The notes under the pieces were generated by a model. It was not told the origin of the DNA. It worked only from the letters and a program-made list of their open reading frames with translations, and ran no database searches. Source: Candidatus Sericytochromatia bacterium (GTDB lineage: Bacteria; Cyanobacteriota; Sericytochromatia; UBA7694; JACMQJ01). From it: DNA of 64,000 nt. The position numbers were made by a program, and so were the translations under genes. How positions within the stretch are numbered: the stretch's first letter is position 1; the number at the start of each line of letters is the position of its first letter. Below are positions 9,203-19,611 of this stretch, in pieces. The stretch covers positions 3,374,316 to 3,438,315 of the forward strand of contig JAXLXH010000001.1 in assembly GCA_046328015.1 (NCBI GenBank), given 5' to 3'.

Positions 9203-10018
9203 TTATAATTTAAAAGTAGTTTTTATCATTTTTGTAAAAACTGTATCTGAAGTAATTTTTCTTATTTTAGTTAAAGCCGCTGCATCCAAACCTGATGTGT
9301 ATCTTAACTTAGAAGAATTACTATTTACAGCAGTATAAATAGTTTTTGCAACAGTTATAGGTTCAGAAGCAAAATTTAAACTTCTCATCATTTCATCAGT
9401 TATTTTTTCAACATATTTATCATAATCAGTTGTATTTTCTGGTTTAGACATTTCTAAAGATCTTCCTGCAAAATCTGTTTTTACTCCACCAGGTTCAATA
9501 ATTCTAACTTTTATATTAAAAGGCGCTAATTCATATTGCAAAGATTCAGAAAAACCTTCTATAGCCCATTTAGAAGCATGGTATAAACTAAATAAAGGAA
9601 AGGTTACTTTACCTCCTACTGAAGATACATTAACAATTACTCCTTTTTGTTTACTTCTAAAATGAGGTAAAATTTCTTTTATGACATCCATTAACCCAAA
9701 AACATTAGTATCAAATTGTTTTTGTATTTGTTCTTTAGTAGCTCCTTCAAAAGCTCCTGCTAAACCGTAACCTGCATTATTAACTATTGCATCTATATCT
9801 CCAAATTTATCCAGAGTTTCTTGTATAGCATTTTTTATAGTATCTATATTGGTTACATCAAGTTTTGGGCAAATAACATTTTTAAAAATTCTCAAATCTT
9901 TTTCTTTTTCAGGGGTTCTCATTGTTGCTGCAACATTCCAACCTTTTTCTTGAAAATAAAAAGCTGTTGCTCTACCAATTCCTGTTGAGCTTCCTGTTAT
10001 TAAAACTGTTTTTGCCAT
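9203..10018 (-). CDS. Short-chain dehydrogenase/reductase (SDR)
   Basis: The protein has TGSSTGIG (TGxxxGIG), NNAG and the YxxxK catalytic motif. Confidence 0.8.
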   Translation of the reverse strand: MAKTVLITGSSTGIGRATAFYFQEKGWNVAATMRTPEKEKDLRIFKNVICPKLDVTNIDTIKNAIQETLDKFGDIDAIVNNAGYGLAGAFEGATKEQIQKQFDTNVFGLMDVIKEILPHFRSKQKGVIVNVSSVGGKVTFPLFSLYHASKWAIEGFSESLQYELAPFNIKVRIIEPGGVKTDFAGRSLEMSKPENTTDYDKYVEKITDEMMRSLNFASEPITVAKTIYTAVNSNSSKLRYTSGLDAAALTKIRKITSDTVFTKMIKTTFKL

Positions 10019-10028
10019 AAAAACTCCC

Positions 10029-11279
10029 TTATATCTGATTAAGAGCTTGTTCTATATCAAATATAATATCTTCATAATTTTCAACACCAATAGAAAGTCT
10101 AATCATTTTTTCCGTAATAGAAAGTTCTTGCTTTAAATTACTATCTACATCCGCATGAGTCATAGTAGCTGGGTGTTCTGCCAAACTTTCGGTACTACCC
10201 AAACTAACAGCTAATTTTATTAATTTCAAAGAATTTAAAAATTTAAAAGCTTCTTTTTCAGTTCCTTTTATATCAAAAGAAATCATTCCTCCATTAGAAA
10301 GACATTGTCTATTTTTTATATGAAATTTTTCTCCATCTTTTTCAGTTAAATTTCCCAAAAAATATACTTTTTCAACTAAAGGATGAGTGTTTAAAAATTC
10401 AGCTACTTTATTTGCATTAGATGCTTGAATATCCATTCTAGGTTTTAAAGTTTCTAAACTTCTTAATAATAGCCATCCAGTATTAGGGCTTGCCATATTA
10501 CCAAGAAAAGTTCTCATACCTTTTATTCTTTTTATTAATTCATTGCTACCCAAACAAGCTCCTGCAATAACATCACTATGCCCTCCAATATATTTAGTAG
10601 CTGAATATAAAACTAAATCAGCTCCATGTTTTAAAGGATGTTGCCAAAGAGGTCCCATATAAGTATTATCTACTGCTAAATATACTTCTTTATCATTTGT
10701 TGAAAAATGTTTAGCTATTTCTTTAGATAAACTTATATCTATTATGTCATTAGTTGGGTTTGCTGGAGTTTCTATATAAATTAAGGCTAGATTACTAGAA
10801 AAACCACTATTTTCTACCAATTTTATAATTTCTTCTTTAGTTTGATTTACTCTAAATTCTAATACTTTTACTCCAAATTTAGGAAGTATTTTTCTAATAA
10901 AATGATCTGTTCCTCCATATAAAGGTTCACTAATTAAAATTAAATCATTAGGTTTTAGAAATTCTAATAAAACAGTAGTAATAGCTGCCATTCCACTTTC
11001 AAATACAGCACAACATTCTGCTTCATCCCAAAGTGTCAACCTATTTTCTAAAATCTCAAGATCTGGATTATTTATCCTACTATAAATTAAGCCTAATTCT
11101 TCATCTCGTTTTTTTTCTCTGAGCCCATAAGCTACTTCAAAAAAAGCTTTACCATCTTCTGCACTTTTAAAAACAAAAGTTGAAGTTTGGAATATTGGAC
11201 ATTTAATAGAGCCTTCTGATAGTTCTGGCTTAAAGCCATAAGACATCATAAGGCTCTCTGGTTTCATTTTTTTGTACAT
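10029..11279 (-). CDS. PLP-dependent Cys/Met-metabolism enzyme (cystathionine gamma-synthase / beta-lyase / methionine gamma-lyase family)
   Basis: The PLP-lysine region SATKYIGGHSD is present and the length and overall pattern match Cys_Met_Meta_PP enzymes. Confidence 0.85.
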   Translation of the reverse strand: MYKKMKPESLMMSYGFKPELSEGSIKCPIFQTSTFVFKSAEDGKAFFEVAYGLREKKRDEELGLIYSRINNPDLEILENRLTLWDEAECCAVFESGMAAITTVLLEFLKPNDLILISEPLYGGTDHFIRKILPKFGVKVLEFRVNQTKEEIIKLVENSGFSSNLALIYIETPANPTNDIIDISLSKEIAKHFSTNDKEVYLAVDNTYMGPLWQHPLKHGADLVLYSATKYIGGHSDVIAGACLGSNELIKRIKGMRTFLGNMASPNTGWLLLRSLETLKPRMDIQASNANKVAEFLNTHPLVEKVYFLGNLTEKDGEKFHIKNRQCLSNGGMISFDIKGTEKEAFKFLNSLKLIKLAVSLGSTESLAEHPATMTHADVDSNLKQELSITEKMIRLSIGVENYEDIIFDIEQALNQI

Positions 11280-11290
11280 TTAATAATTTT

Positions 11291-12304
11291 TTATTCTATT
11301 TCATCATAACTCTTATGGAAATGAGCTCTTTTTCTTGATGGGAATTTAGAATGAGGTTTTATTTCAATATTTGAAGGTGCAGGAACTTTCATAGCCAAAT
11401 CACCAACAACAGCTGAGGCTAATTTAGTTACATTAGTAAGAAAATCAAAATTTACAGTTTCATAAGCATCACCTTTTTTATGATATTGCGGAGTTGTATC
11501 TCCATGATACCATTCTTCACATATTCCAACTGCCTGAAAACCAGTTTCTCTAAAAGCTACGTGATCTGTATCCCCACCATTAGTTCTTATTAATGGGAAA
11601 TTAAGATTATGGCTTTTATTTACCATATTATAATAATCCCATAAAACCCCATCTGGTTGCTCTATTTCCATATTATTATCTTTATCAGAATCATAACCTA
11701 CCATATCCATAGTATGAACTGAAGAAATTTTTAACCCTTTTTTCTTAAAGTCTTTTGCCATAGCATAACTTCCAACGAGTCCTAATTCTTCTTCATCAAA
11801 CCAAGCAAAAATAATATTTACTTTTCTGTCTTTTAATTCTTTTAAAACTCTAGACATTTCTAATACAGCAGAACTACCTGTTGCATTATCATCTGCTCCC
11901 ATATTTTTAACAGAATCCATATGAGCTCCAACTAAAATATGCTCATCTGTTTGAATATCAGCTTTTAAAATAGTAAAAATATTTTCTCCATCTTGTCTAT
12001 AAGTATGTTTTTCTGGTTTATAACCATAGCTTTCTAAAACGCTCATAATATATTTTTTAGTTTTGGTTCTACCTTCTTTTGTTCCTCTTTCTGGTATTAC
12101 AGTTCCATCTGGTAATTTATTTTTACTAGAAAGTATACCTAAGTTTTGTTCAATATTAGCTTTGGTTACAAGCCCTTCTATACCTGTAGATTTATTGCTA
12201 GATATTTGAGTTTGATTATCTTCTAAGTTTATAGTATTTTCTTTAGTACAAGAAAAAGCTATTGCTAAAAGTATGCTTAAAGATATTATTTTTTTAGCTT
12301 TCAT
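11291..12304 (-). CDS. M28 family aminopeptidase lipoprotein
   Basis: The lipobox is AFSCTKEN. The zinc-ligand region HMDSV…GADDNATGSSAVLE is typical of peptidase M28. Confidence 0.75.
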   Translation of the reverse strand: MKAKKIISLSILLAIAFSCTKENTINLEDNQTQISSNKSTGIEGLVTKANIEQNLGILSSKNKLPDGTVIPERGTKEGRTKTKKYIMSVLESYGYKPEKHTYRQDGENIFTILKADIQTDEHILVGAHMDSVKNMGADDNATGSSAVLEMSRVLKELKDRKVNIIFAWFDEEELGLVGSYAMAKDFKKKGLKISSVHTMDMVGYDSDKDNNMEIEQPDGVLWDYYNMVNKSHNLNFPLIRTNGGDTDHVAFRETGFQAVGICEEWYHGDTTPQYHKKGDAYETVNFDFLTNVTKLASAVVGDLAMKVPAPSNIEIKPHSKFPSRKRAHFHKSYDEIE

Positions 12305-12519
12305 TTTTACCAGACCTTAAATATATTAAAAAGTATTTATAATATAATTTTAACTTTTTTAGTGATGTTTTGACAAGAGAAATTTTAAATATAAAAAATA
12401 TAAAAAGGCAATATAAAAATTTATATTGCTCTATTTTTAAAAATAAAAAAACAATTATATATCCATATGCTAGTATATAAATTGTATTATTAATTTAGCT
12501 GAAAAATAAATTAAAAAAA

Positions 12520-12619
12520 GGTTGTCCAAAAAGTAGTTTTTTTTTACGAAAAACATTGGTATCAAATTCAGTTTTTTCGTAGAGGGAAAGCACTGCTTTT
12601 CCCATTTTTGGACATAACC
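12520..12619 (+). repeat. Conserved ~100-nt nested-hairpin element, copy R1, beginning 8 nt past the rne stop codon
   Basis: The outer stem pairs GGTTGTCCAAAAA with TTTTTGGACATAACC. The inner hairpin is ACGAAAAAC-loop(ATTGGTATCAAATTCA)-GTTTTTTCGT, followed by GGGAAAG…CTTTTCCC. It is homologous to 52552..52646. Confidence 0.45.
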
Positions 12620-12627
12620 TTTATTTT

Positions 12628-15108
12628 TTATCTTTTTTTCTTTTTAGGAGCAAAGCTTCTTATTTTTCTAAATTTAGCTTTTTTCTTAACTGCTCCAGAT
12701 AAAGCAAGTTCATCCTCAGCTTCAGCTTCATCAGAAACTTCAGGTTCTTCATTAGTATCAGAGCTTAAAACTTCTAAAGGAGTTTCTTCAGCTTTTACTA
12801 AAACTTCAGGTTCTACAGCTACTTCTTTTATCTCAACTTCAGATTTTTTAGCTTTTCTACCTCTTTTTTTAGTTTTAGTTGTATCTTCTTTTACCTCTAA
12901 AACTTCTTTTTTAGGTTGCTCTTCAGTTTCTAGATCAACTTCTGAAACTAGTTCTTTTTTCTCAAAAATAACTACTTCTTCATCATTCATACTTAAAGTA
13001 TCTGCTGTATCACTAATATGTAAAACATTTTCTTCTACTATAGTAGGAGTTTCTGATTTTACTAAAACTGTTGCAGATACATCTAATATTTCAGGAATAA
13101 TAATTGGTTCTAAATTTATATCTTCATTAGATAAATTAGATTCTTGAATATTAGATACTTCTTGAATAGATGTTTTTTCTCTATTTTCAGTTTGAATATT
13201 AGAGTTATTAAATCTATCTTTTGGGTTTCTATCATCAAATCTATTTTTTTCAAAACGATTTTGTTTATCATTGAAGTTTCTTTTATCTTTCTTAAATTTA
13301 TCTTTTCTTCTAGAACTAAAATTATCTATAGATTGGATATATTTTCTTTCTTCAGGAGATAATTCAAAGAATGAAGGTGGTGCTTTTTTATCAGATGAAT
13401 CTTTTTCGTTAACATCCTTTTCCATATTTTCATTAACTAAAGAAGATTCAGGTAAAATAACTTCGGTTTCTATTATATCAAGTTCAATATTATCAATATT
13501 TTCTATTAAACTTTCTTCAACTGGACTTATTAAAACTTCTTCTTCAACTACTACAGGTTTTTTAGTTTCTGTTTTGTGAGGATGATTATGATTATGATGA
13601 TGTTTTTCTTTATGTTTATTATGTTGTTTAGTATCTTCTTTTACCACTTCAAAAGAAGAGTTATCAGCTCTATTATCATCATGATCATGATAAAAATTTA
13701 TTTCTTGAGATCTTTGTTTTCTTTTGTATTTTTCATATTCTGCTGGAATAGGATTTTTTTCAAAAAAGTCAACATTAGAAATTAATTCTTCAGTTTTAAT
13801 TTTTACTTGTCTTTCATTTTTTGGTAACTCATCATTTACAGTAACTCTTCTTCTGATACTATCAAAAATATCTAACATATCAGCTCTATAAACATTATTT
13901 CTTAATCTTCCTGCTCCATCACAAGTAGGACATTTAGTAGTTAAAAGTTCACTTAAGCTTTTCTTTTGTCTATGTCTAGTTATTTCTAATAAGCTAAATT
14001 CTGAAAAATAACCTAGTTGAGGCTGAGATTTATCATTTTTAGTTGCATTAGCTAAAGTTTGCCAAACTATTTGTTGATCTCTAGGATCAAACATATCAAT
14101 AAAATCAACTACAATAACACCACCAATATCTCTTAATCTTATTTGTCTAGCTATTTCTAAAGCAGCATCTTTATTAGTTCTTAAAATAGTATCAGCTAAA
14201 CTATTGGTTTCTTTTGTTCCACCAGAGTTTACATCTATAACAGTCATAGCTTCTGTTTTTTCTATAATTAGATATCCACCATTAGCTAAAGGTACTTTTG
14301 TTTGTAATGCTTTTTCTAACTCATTAAATAAATCAAATTGAATAGCTAAAGGAACAGGGTTTTTATTATATTGTAGGTATTTAAAAGAATCATGAGACCA
14401 AGATTGTAAAAGTTCTGTAGATCTAACTTTTGCTTCTTGACTATCAACAACTATTCTTTTTACATCCGGAGTAACAGAATCTCTTAAAACTTTATAAAGT
14501 AAATCTTGATCTCTGTATAAAATAGTAGGTGCAGCTGATTTTTGAGATGCTTCTAATATTTCAGACCATTTTTTCAAAAGAAAATCTAGATCTTCTTTCA
14601 AAGAAGATTCATCCTGATATTGAGCTTCAGTCCTTACAACAACTCCATAACCAGATTGACATAATTTTTTTACTAAATATAATAATCTATCTCTTTCAAA
14701 TTGATCTTCTATTTTTCTAGAAATACCTATTTTTCTTTCGTAAGGGGTTAAAATTAAATATTTACCAGGTATGGTTAATAACCCACTTAGTCTTGGACCT
14801 TTAGAAGATGTAGCTTCTTTTACAATTTGAACTAAAAGTTTTTGTTTTTCTTGTAATGCAGCCCTAATATTATTCCTTTTTTTAGGGTGAGAATTTAAAG
14901 CTAAATCGGTAATATGAATAAAACCATTTTTATTTTTGCCAATATTAACAAATGCTCCATCTATAGAAGGCATAGTAGATTCTACTGAACCAAGTATAAT
15001 ATCACCTACTAATTGTTCTCCCTCATTCATGAAGAACTCTACTATTTTACCGTTTTCATAAACAGCTGCAATATTGTCTTTTTCACAGATTATAATGTCT
15101 TTTGTCAC
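12628..15108 (-). CDS. rne: Ribonuclease E (RNase E/G family catalytic domain plus a long low-complexity, Lys/Glu/His-rich scaffold tail)
   Basis: The protein has an S1 domain (GNIYKGKV-like, EGEQLVGDIILG) and the RNase E/G core with the CPTCDGAG zinc link. A roughly 400-aa disordered C-terminal region is typical of a degradosome scaffold. Confidence 0.85.
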   Translation of the reverse strand: MTKDIIICEKDNIAAVYENGKIVEFFMNEGEQLVGDIILGSVESTMPSIDGAFVNIGKNKNGFIHITDLALNSHPKKRNNIRAALQEKQKLLVQIVKEATSSKGPRLSGLLTIPGKYLILTPYERKIGISRKIEDQFERDRLLYLVKKLCQSGYGVVVRTEAQYQDESSLKEDLDFLLKKWSEILEASQKSAAPTILYRDQDLLYKVLRDSVTPDVKRIVVDSQEAKVRSTELLQSWSHDSFKYLQYNKNPVPLAIQFDLFNELEKALQTKVPLANGGYLIIEKTEAMTVIDVNSGGTKETNSLADTILRTNKDAALEIARQIRLRDIGGVIVVDFIDMFDPRDQQIVWQTLANATKNDKSQPQLGYFSEFSLLEITRHRQKKSLSELLTTKCPTCDGAGRLRNNVYRADMLDIFDSIRRRVTVNDELPKNERQVKIKTEELISNVDFFEKNPIPAEYEKYKRKQRSQEINFYHDHDDNRADNSSFEVVKEDTKQHNKHKEKHHHNHNHPHKTETKKPVVVEEEVLISPVEESLIENIDNIELDIIETEVILPESSLVNENMEKDVNEKDSSDKKAPPSFFELSPEERKYIQSIDNFSSRRKDKFKKDKRNFNDKQNRFEKNRFDDRNPKDRFNNSNIQTENREKTSIQEVSNIQESNLSNEDINLEPIIIPEILDVSATVLVKSETPTIVEENVLHISDTADTLSMNDEEVVIFEKKELVSEVDLETEEQPKKEVLEVKEDTTKTKKRGRKAKKSEVEIKEVAVEPEVLVKAEETPLEVLSSDTNEEPEVSDEAEAEDELALSGAVKKKAKFRKIRSFAPKKKKR

Positions 15109-15653
15109 TTTATTAAAAGCCTCTTGAAAATAATATATTATTAATATTTTCTCTTAAATTATTTTGATAAAAAGAGAAAAATAAAGAAAAAATGAAAATA
15201 GGTAATAGATAAGATTGAAATAATAATGAAATATAACTATTATAAAATAAGTTTATTATAAAACTTAGAACAATTAACAAACAAAACCCCGTAAAAATTT
15301 CTAAAAACTATTTTCCCAAAAAGTTTTTAATTTGAAGAAGAAATAAAAAACTAACAAATTGACATTTTATAGAAAAATGAAAAATTAATGCCTAAATTAG
15401 TTTTTATAAACCAATAAAAAATTCAAATTTTTAAACTTTTAAACTTTTAAGTTAATATTATAAATTAACTTATCAAACAAAAGTACTTTAAAATAAGGTG
15501 TACTTTTATACCTAAAAAAATCTTCTGCTAATGAAATAAGTAAATAACACTTAATTCATAAAAAATTAAACTTAAATTACATTTAAGTTGCTTTAGATTA
15601 TATTACCTAATTTTTTTTTAGTCAATCTTTTTCTAAAAATATAATACAGTATT
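15109..15653 (-). promoter_or_regulatory. Long AT-rich 5' leader and promoter region of rne, possibly an autoregulatory UTR
   Basis: A 545-nt non-coding gap lies upstream of rne, with local repeats (TTTAAACTTTTAAACTTTTAAG). E. coli rne has a long autoregulated 5' UTR. Confidence 0.3.
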
Positions 15654-16829
15654 TTAATATAAAAAATCTTTTATATTTTCAAAACGAGCTTCCCAAGATA
15701 TAGAATTTAATTCATCTTGAGTTAAATATTCTTTTGGTTTATTTATAAAATTATCTATTTTTTCTAAAAACTCTTCTTTAGAATAAGCTACTGCTACTTT
15801 CTTTTTTCCTAACTCTGTTTTTTCAAAATCAACTACTTCAGGAATTGGAGAGCTAACAATATAAGAAGAAGATGCCAAATATTGATAAAATTTATAAGGG
15901 CTAGAACTTAGTATAAAGTCGTTTAATATATGTGGCATTATAGATACATGAAATAAATCTAAATAAGAGATAAATTCTTTAAAATTTTTTCCTCCTAAGA
16001 AAATAGCATTTTCAAATAAATTTAATTTATTAAAAACCTCTATATTGTAAATAGTACCTAAAAATATAAATATATAGTTTGGTCTATTTTTTATTAAAAA
16101 CTCAAGAATTTCCAAATTAATATCATCTCTTATAGAACCAGCAAAACCTACTATTGGTTTATTTATTTTAAGTTTATTGCTTATTGAATCTAATAACTTA
16201 TTGTTTAGCTTGTTAATTATATTTATATTACCTTGAAAATCATTTTTACTAATTGCTGTAGATGAAAAAATTATATTATTTATACTATATAATTTTTCTT
16301 TTTTTTCTTTTAGATATCTTGAAGAAGTAATTATCAAATCAGATTTTTTTATTAAATCTTTTTCTCTTATTTTTATTCCTTTTAAAGCTTTATTTGTAAT
16401 AAATTCATCATAGCAATCATAAATTACTTTATTATTATTTATTACAGAAATATAGTCTTGAAGCTCTGGATGCATAATATAAAGTATATTATTATTTATA
16501 TTTAAATCTTCTAATAGAATATTAATATCTTTTTTAAATAGTAAAAAATTAATTTTTTTAATTGAATTTGGTAAAAATAAAGCTAATTTATCGTGTATAA
16601 ATAAACTTGAGTTTAGTATATATATATTTTCTATTTTGATAATTTTTTCTTTTTTTATTCTTTTATTTTTTCTAAAAAAATTTGGTATAAAGTTAAATGG
16701 TCTATTTATTATTATAATAGGATTTGGGTAAATAAATTTAGCTAATGATAAAATCATAGGTTTTCTATGAAAAGAGTCAAAATCTCCTGTTATTAAAATA
16801 GTGATACAATTTTTTTTATTTTTATTCAT
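15654..16829 (-). CDS. GT-B glycosyltransferase (family 1 / GT4-like)
   Basis: The C-terminal half has the layout of a glycosyl transferases group 1 domain, and the gene sits in a polysaccharide cluster. Confidence 0.6.
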   Translation of the reverse strand: MNKNKKNCITILITGDFDSFHRKPMILSLAKFIYPNPIIIINRPFNFIPNFFRKNKRIKKEKIIKIENIYILNSSLFIHDKLALFLPNSIKKINFLLFKKDINILLEDLNINNNILYIMHPELQDYISVINNNKVIYDCYDEFITNKALKGIKIREKDLIKKSDLIITSSRYLKEKKEKLYSINNIIFSSTAISKNDFQGNINIINKLNNKLLDSISNKLKINKPIVGFAGSIRDDINLEILEFLIKNRPNYIFIFLGTIYNIEVFNKLNLFENAIFLGGKNFKEFISYLDLFHVSIMPHILNDFILSSSPYKFYQYLASSSYIVSSPIPEVVDFEKTELGKKKVAVAYSKEEFLEKIDNFINKPKEYLTQDELNSISWEARFENIKDFLY

Positions 16830-16832
16830 TTT

Positions 16833-17777
16833 TTATAAGTATAAAAAGAACCTTATATTTCTAATTAAATCTTGATCTAAAAAGTTATTTCTAATAAAAA
16901 TAATTCTTTTCATTATCCAATTATAACTTTTTAAATTAAGAAAGCTTTTTAATGTATTTTTATCTTCTTTTTTTATAAAATAATAATTATCTAAAATTAT
17001 TTTAGCTTGTTCTATTCTAGGTAAATTATCTTTCCAAAATAGTAATTTCTTATTTTTAAAATTTAATATCAAAGTAAATAAATCAAAAGATATCTTACCT
17101 CTATTTTTTCCTAATCCTATTGTATTATTATTATGAACTCTATAATAAATTAGTTTTTCATCTATATAATGAATTTCACCTAATAAAACAGCTATTATTG
17201 AAACCCATAAATCATGCATTAATATTCCTTTAGGTAATGGGAACAGCTTTTCTATTAGAGTTTTATTTATAGCCATACTACAACCTGGAAAATTTCTAAC
17301 TAAAATTTTTTTTAGTGACTTATTTATTAAAGGGTTAATTTTTGATAATTTAATATATGAATCGCAAATTATATTTTTATTTTCGTCTATAATGACAAGA
17401 TCACTATGTAAAAGTATAGGTATATTACTTTTACTTTCTATAGCAATAAATTTTTCTACAAATATTTTTAATTTATTTTTAGACCAAATATCATCTTGAT
17501 CGCAAAAAAACACATAATCTTTATCGGTTAACTTTAATAAATTAAGAAAATTATAACAAGGACCTAATTTACCTAAATTATCACTAATTAAAAAAATTTT
17601 TTCTGGATAATTTTTTATATATCTATCTATTATATTTAAAGTATTATCTTTAGAACCATCATCTCTTATTAAAAGCTCCCAATTTTTATAAGTTTGAGAC
17701 AAAATAGAGTTTATTTGTTCTTCTATATATTTTTCACCATTATAAGTGGCTAAAACTATCTGTACTTTTTTTTTCAT
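16833..17777 (-). CDS. Family 2 glycosyltransferase
   Basis: The N-terminus VLATYNGEKYIEEQINSILSQTY…LLIRDDGSKDNT is the canonical GT2 (DXD) start. Confidence 0.85.
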   Translation of the reverse strand: MKKKVQIVLATYNGEKYIEEQINSILSQTYKNWELLIRDDGSKDNTLNIIDRYIKNYPEKIFLISDNLGKLGPCYNFLNLLKLTDKDYVFFCDQDDIWSKNKLKIFVEKFIAIESKSNIPILLHSDLVIIDENKNIICDSYIKLSKINPLINKSLKKILVRNFPGCSMAINKTLIEKLFPLPKGILMHDLWVSIIAVLLGEIHYIDEKLIYYRVHNNNTIGLGKNRGKISFDLFTLILNFKNKKLLFWKDNLPRIEQAKIILDNYYFIKKEDKNTLKSFLNLKSYNWIMKRIIFIRNNFLDQDLIRNIRFFLYL

Positions 17778-17782
17778 AAGTA

Positions 17783-18823
17783 TTATAAAATTTCTTCCAA
17801 AATATTATTTACTACTATATTTATATCATCAAAATTATATCTATGATCTAATGGTAATAGAAGAAGTTTATCAGATAAGTTTTTTTCAAAATTAAAGCTA
17901 TCTTTATATAAATTTCTTTCTAAAACATCCTTCCAAAAAACAGGTATAAAAATATTCTTTGAGTAAAATTTTTTCAAATCTATTTTTTTATCAAGTAATA
18001 AAGGATAAAAAAAAGGTATTTCATTTTCATTTTTTAATAGTTTCAACAAATTAATATCTTTAAAATATTTATTATAAATATTATAGTTATTAATTCGAGC
18101 ATTCTTTACTTTTTTTAAATTAACATTAGCAAGTAAAATTTCAGATATTTTAGAAATTAAATTTATATCATTTTTTATTTTTTCTTCTTTTTTTAAATAT
18201 TTAATATAAGCTTTATTTTTATTATCAGAAATTTTATCTATTAAATAATCTAATTTAGGTGAATTTCTTTTATTTATATTAATTTTATAATTTAAATAGG
18301 ATATAATTATATAATTTAATTCTTTATATTTATTATTGCATTTTATTAAACTTAGCTCATTTAATAATTTATTTGGAAAATATAAATATGAACCATCCGG
18401 AACTCCAAAAAATTTTCTAGCAGAATTAAATGAAAAAGAATATTTATAACCTTTAGAAAAAAAATCTTGTGTATTATCTACTATTAATTTATTTCTATAA
18501 AAATTAGATATTTGATTTATATAATCTTTTTTAAGAGAAAAATAGTTTATATATAAAATAAACTCATAATCTTTTAATATTATTTCATTTTCTATCTCTA
18601 ATTTATAATTTATAGAATAGAAAACATATTCAATGTTATTTTCTTCTAATACAGATATAACACTATTACAACAATAAAAAGGTATAAAAATTTTTTTTAT
18701 ATTTAGTAATTTTATTAATAAATTAAGAGAACTTCTTCCATAAGATAAAGGTATAGCCCTAGAATGATAATTAAAATTTTTTTTATTTATTTCTAACCCA
18801 AAAAACCCCCCTATTTCTTTCAT
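17783..18823 (-). CDS. Hypothetical protein with a divergent DegT-like (aminotransferase-fold) N-terminal half
   Basis: GRSSLNLLIKLLNIKK…IFIPFYCCNSVISVLEENNIEYVF parallels the DegT region G-AL-LAL…GDEVI-P-TF-AT. I see no clear PLP lysine. Confidence 0.3.
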   Translation of the reverse strand: MKEIGGFFGLEINKKNFNYHSRAIPLSYGRSSLNLLIKLLNIKKIFIPFYCCNSVISVLEENNIEYVFYSINYKLEIENEIILKDYEFILYINYFSLKKDYINQISNFYRNKLIVDNTQDFFSKGYKYSFSFNSARKFFGVPDGSYLYFPNKLLNELSLIKCNNKYKELNYIIISYLNYKININKRNSPKLDYLIDKISDNKNKAYIKYLKKEEKIKNDINLISKISEILLANVNLKKVKNARINNYNIYNKYFKDINLLKLLKNENEIPFFYPLLLDKKIDLKKFYSKNIFIPVFWKDVLERNLYKDSFNFEKNLSDKLLLLPLDHRYNFDDINIVVNNILEEIL

Positions 18824-19521
18824 ATTAAATCATATTCCATTAAATATTCTTTTATTTTATCTTTAGGATTAAACATTAGAATGTCTATTATAGATAAATT
18901 AGGAATAAATGTATTATTAAATTGTTTATAAGTTATTTTTCTAGTTTTAAGAAAATATAAATCTATTTCATTAAGTTTAAAATCATCTTTATTATATAAT
19001 TCAGTTCCACCTATAGGATTTATATATTTATTTGCTTTTAAAATATTACAAATATTAATTAATTTATCTTTTTTATCCTCTAATTTATTTTTTTCTAAGT
19101 TAGATGATAGTAATATTTTTGTTTCAATATTTAAATAAAGACAAATTTCTTTGATGCTATTAACTATCATATTAGATAAATTATTATCATTAAAATAAAA
19201 TATTTTTTTTATAATTTCGATTGTTTCTAAATAATAAGGTGCTTTTTTATAAGCTTGTTCAAATTTTCTTAAAATACTATCTTTTTCTAAAATAAAATTA
19301 TTACTAATAATTTTCTCATTTATATTAAGAAAAGTTGAATCTTTTTTTAGACTTATTGTAAAGTAATTAGGTTCAGAATTAAGTAGTATTCTATTCCTGT
19401 TTACCCAACCAGATTTTATATATTGAACATCATCATAAATAACAAAAATATCCGATGCATAAATAAGTTGAAAATAACCTATATATGGCATAAAATAAGG
19501 TTGCATTATTGCTACAATCAA
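18820..19521 (-). CDS. WbqC-like family protein (O-antigen cluster accessory)
   Basis: The N-terminus MQPYFMPYIGYFQLI is the signature start of the WbqC family. Confidence 0.6.
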   Translation of the reverse strand: MIVAIMQPYFMPYIGYFQLIYASDIFVIYDDVQYIKSGWVNRNRILLNSEPNYFTISLKKDSTFLNINEKIISNNFILEKDSILRKFEQAYKKAPYYLETIEIIKKIFYFNDNNLSNMIVNSIKEICLYLNIETKILLSSNLEKNKLEDKKDKLINICNILKANKYINPIGGTELYNKDDFKLNEIDLYFLKTRKITYKQFNNTFIPNLSIIDILMFNPKDKIKEYLMEYDLI

Positions 19522-19611
19522 AATTACAAATACCTAAAATTTTACTTACTTTTTATAATTTAATATGTTATCATACTTTAAATTATTTAATTTTTAAAAA
19601 TCATAATTTTT

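Noticed and set aside
12608-13785. Plus-strand ORFs of 179, 72, 102 and 69 aa
   Set aside because: They lie antisense within the low-complexity scaffold region of rne. Their Ser/Phe/Ile-rich translations are an artefact of the repetitive AT-rich antisense sequence.
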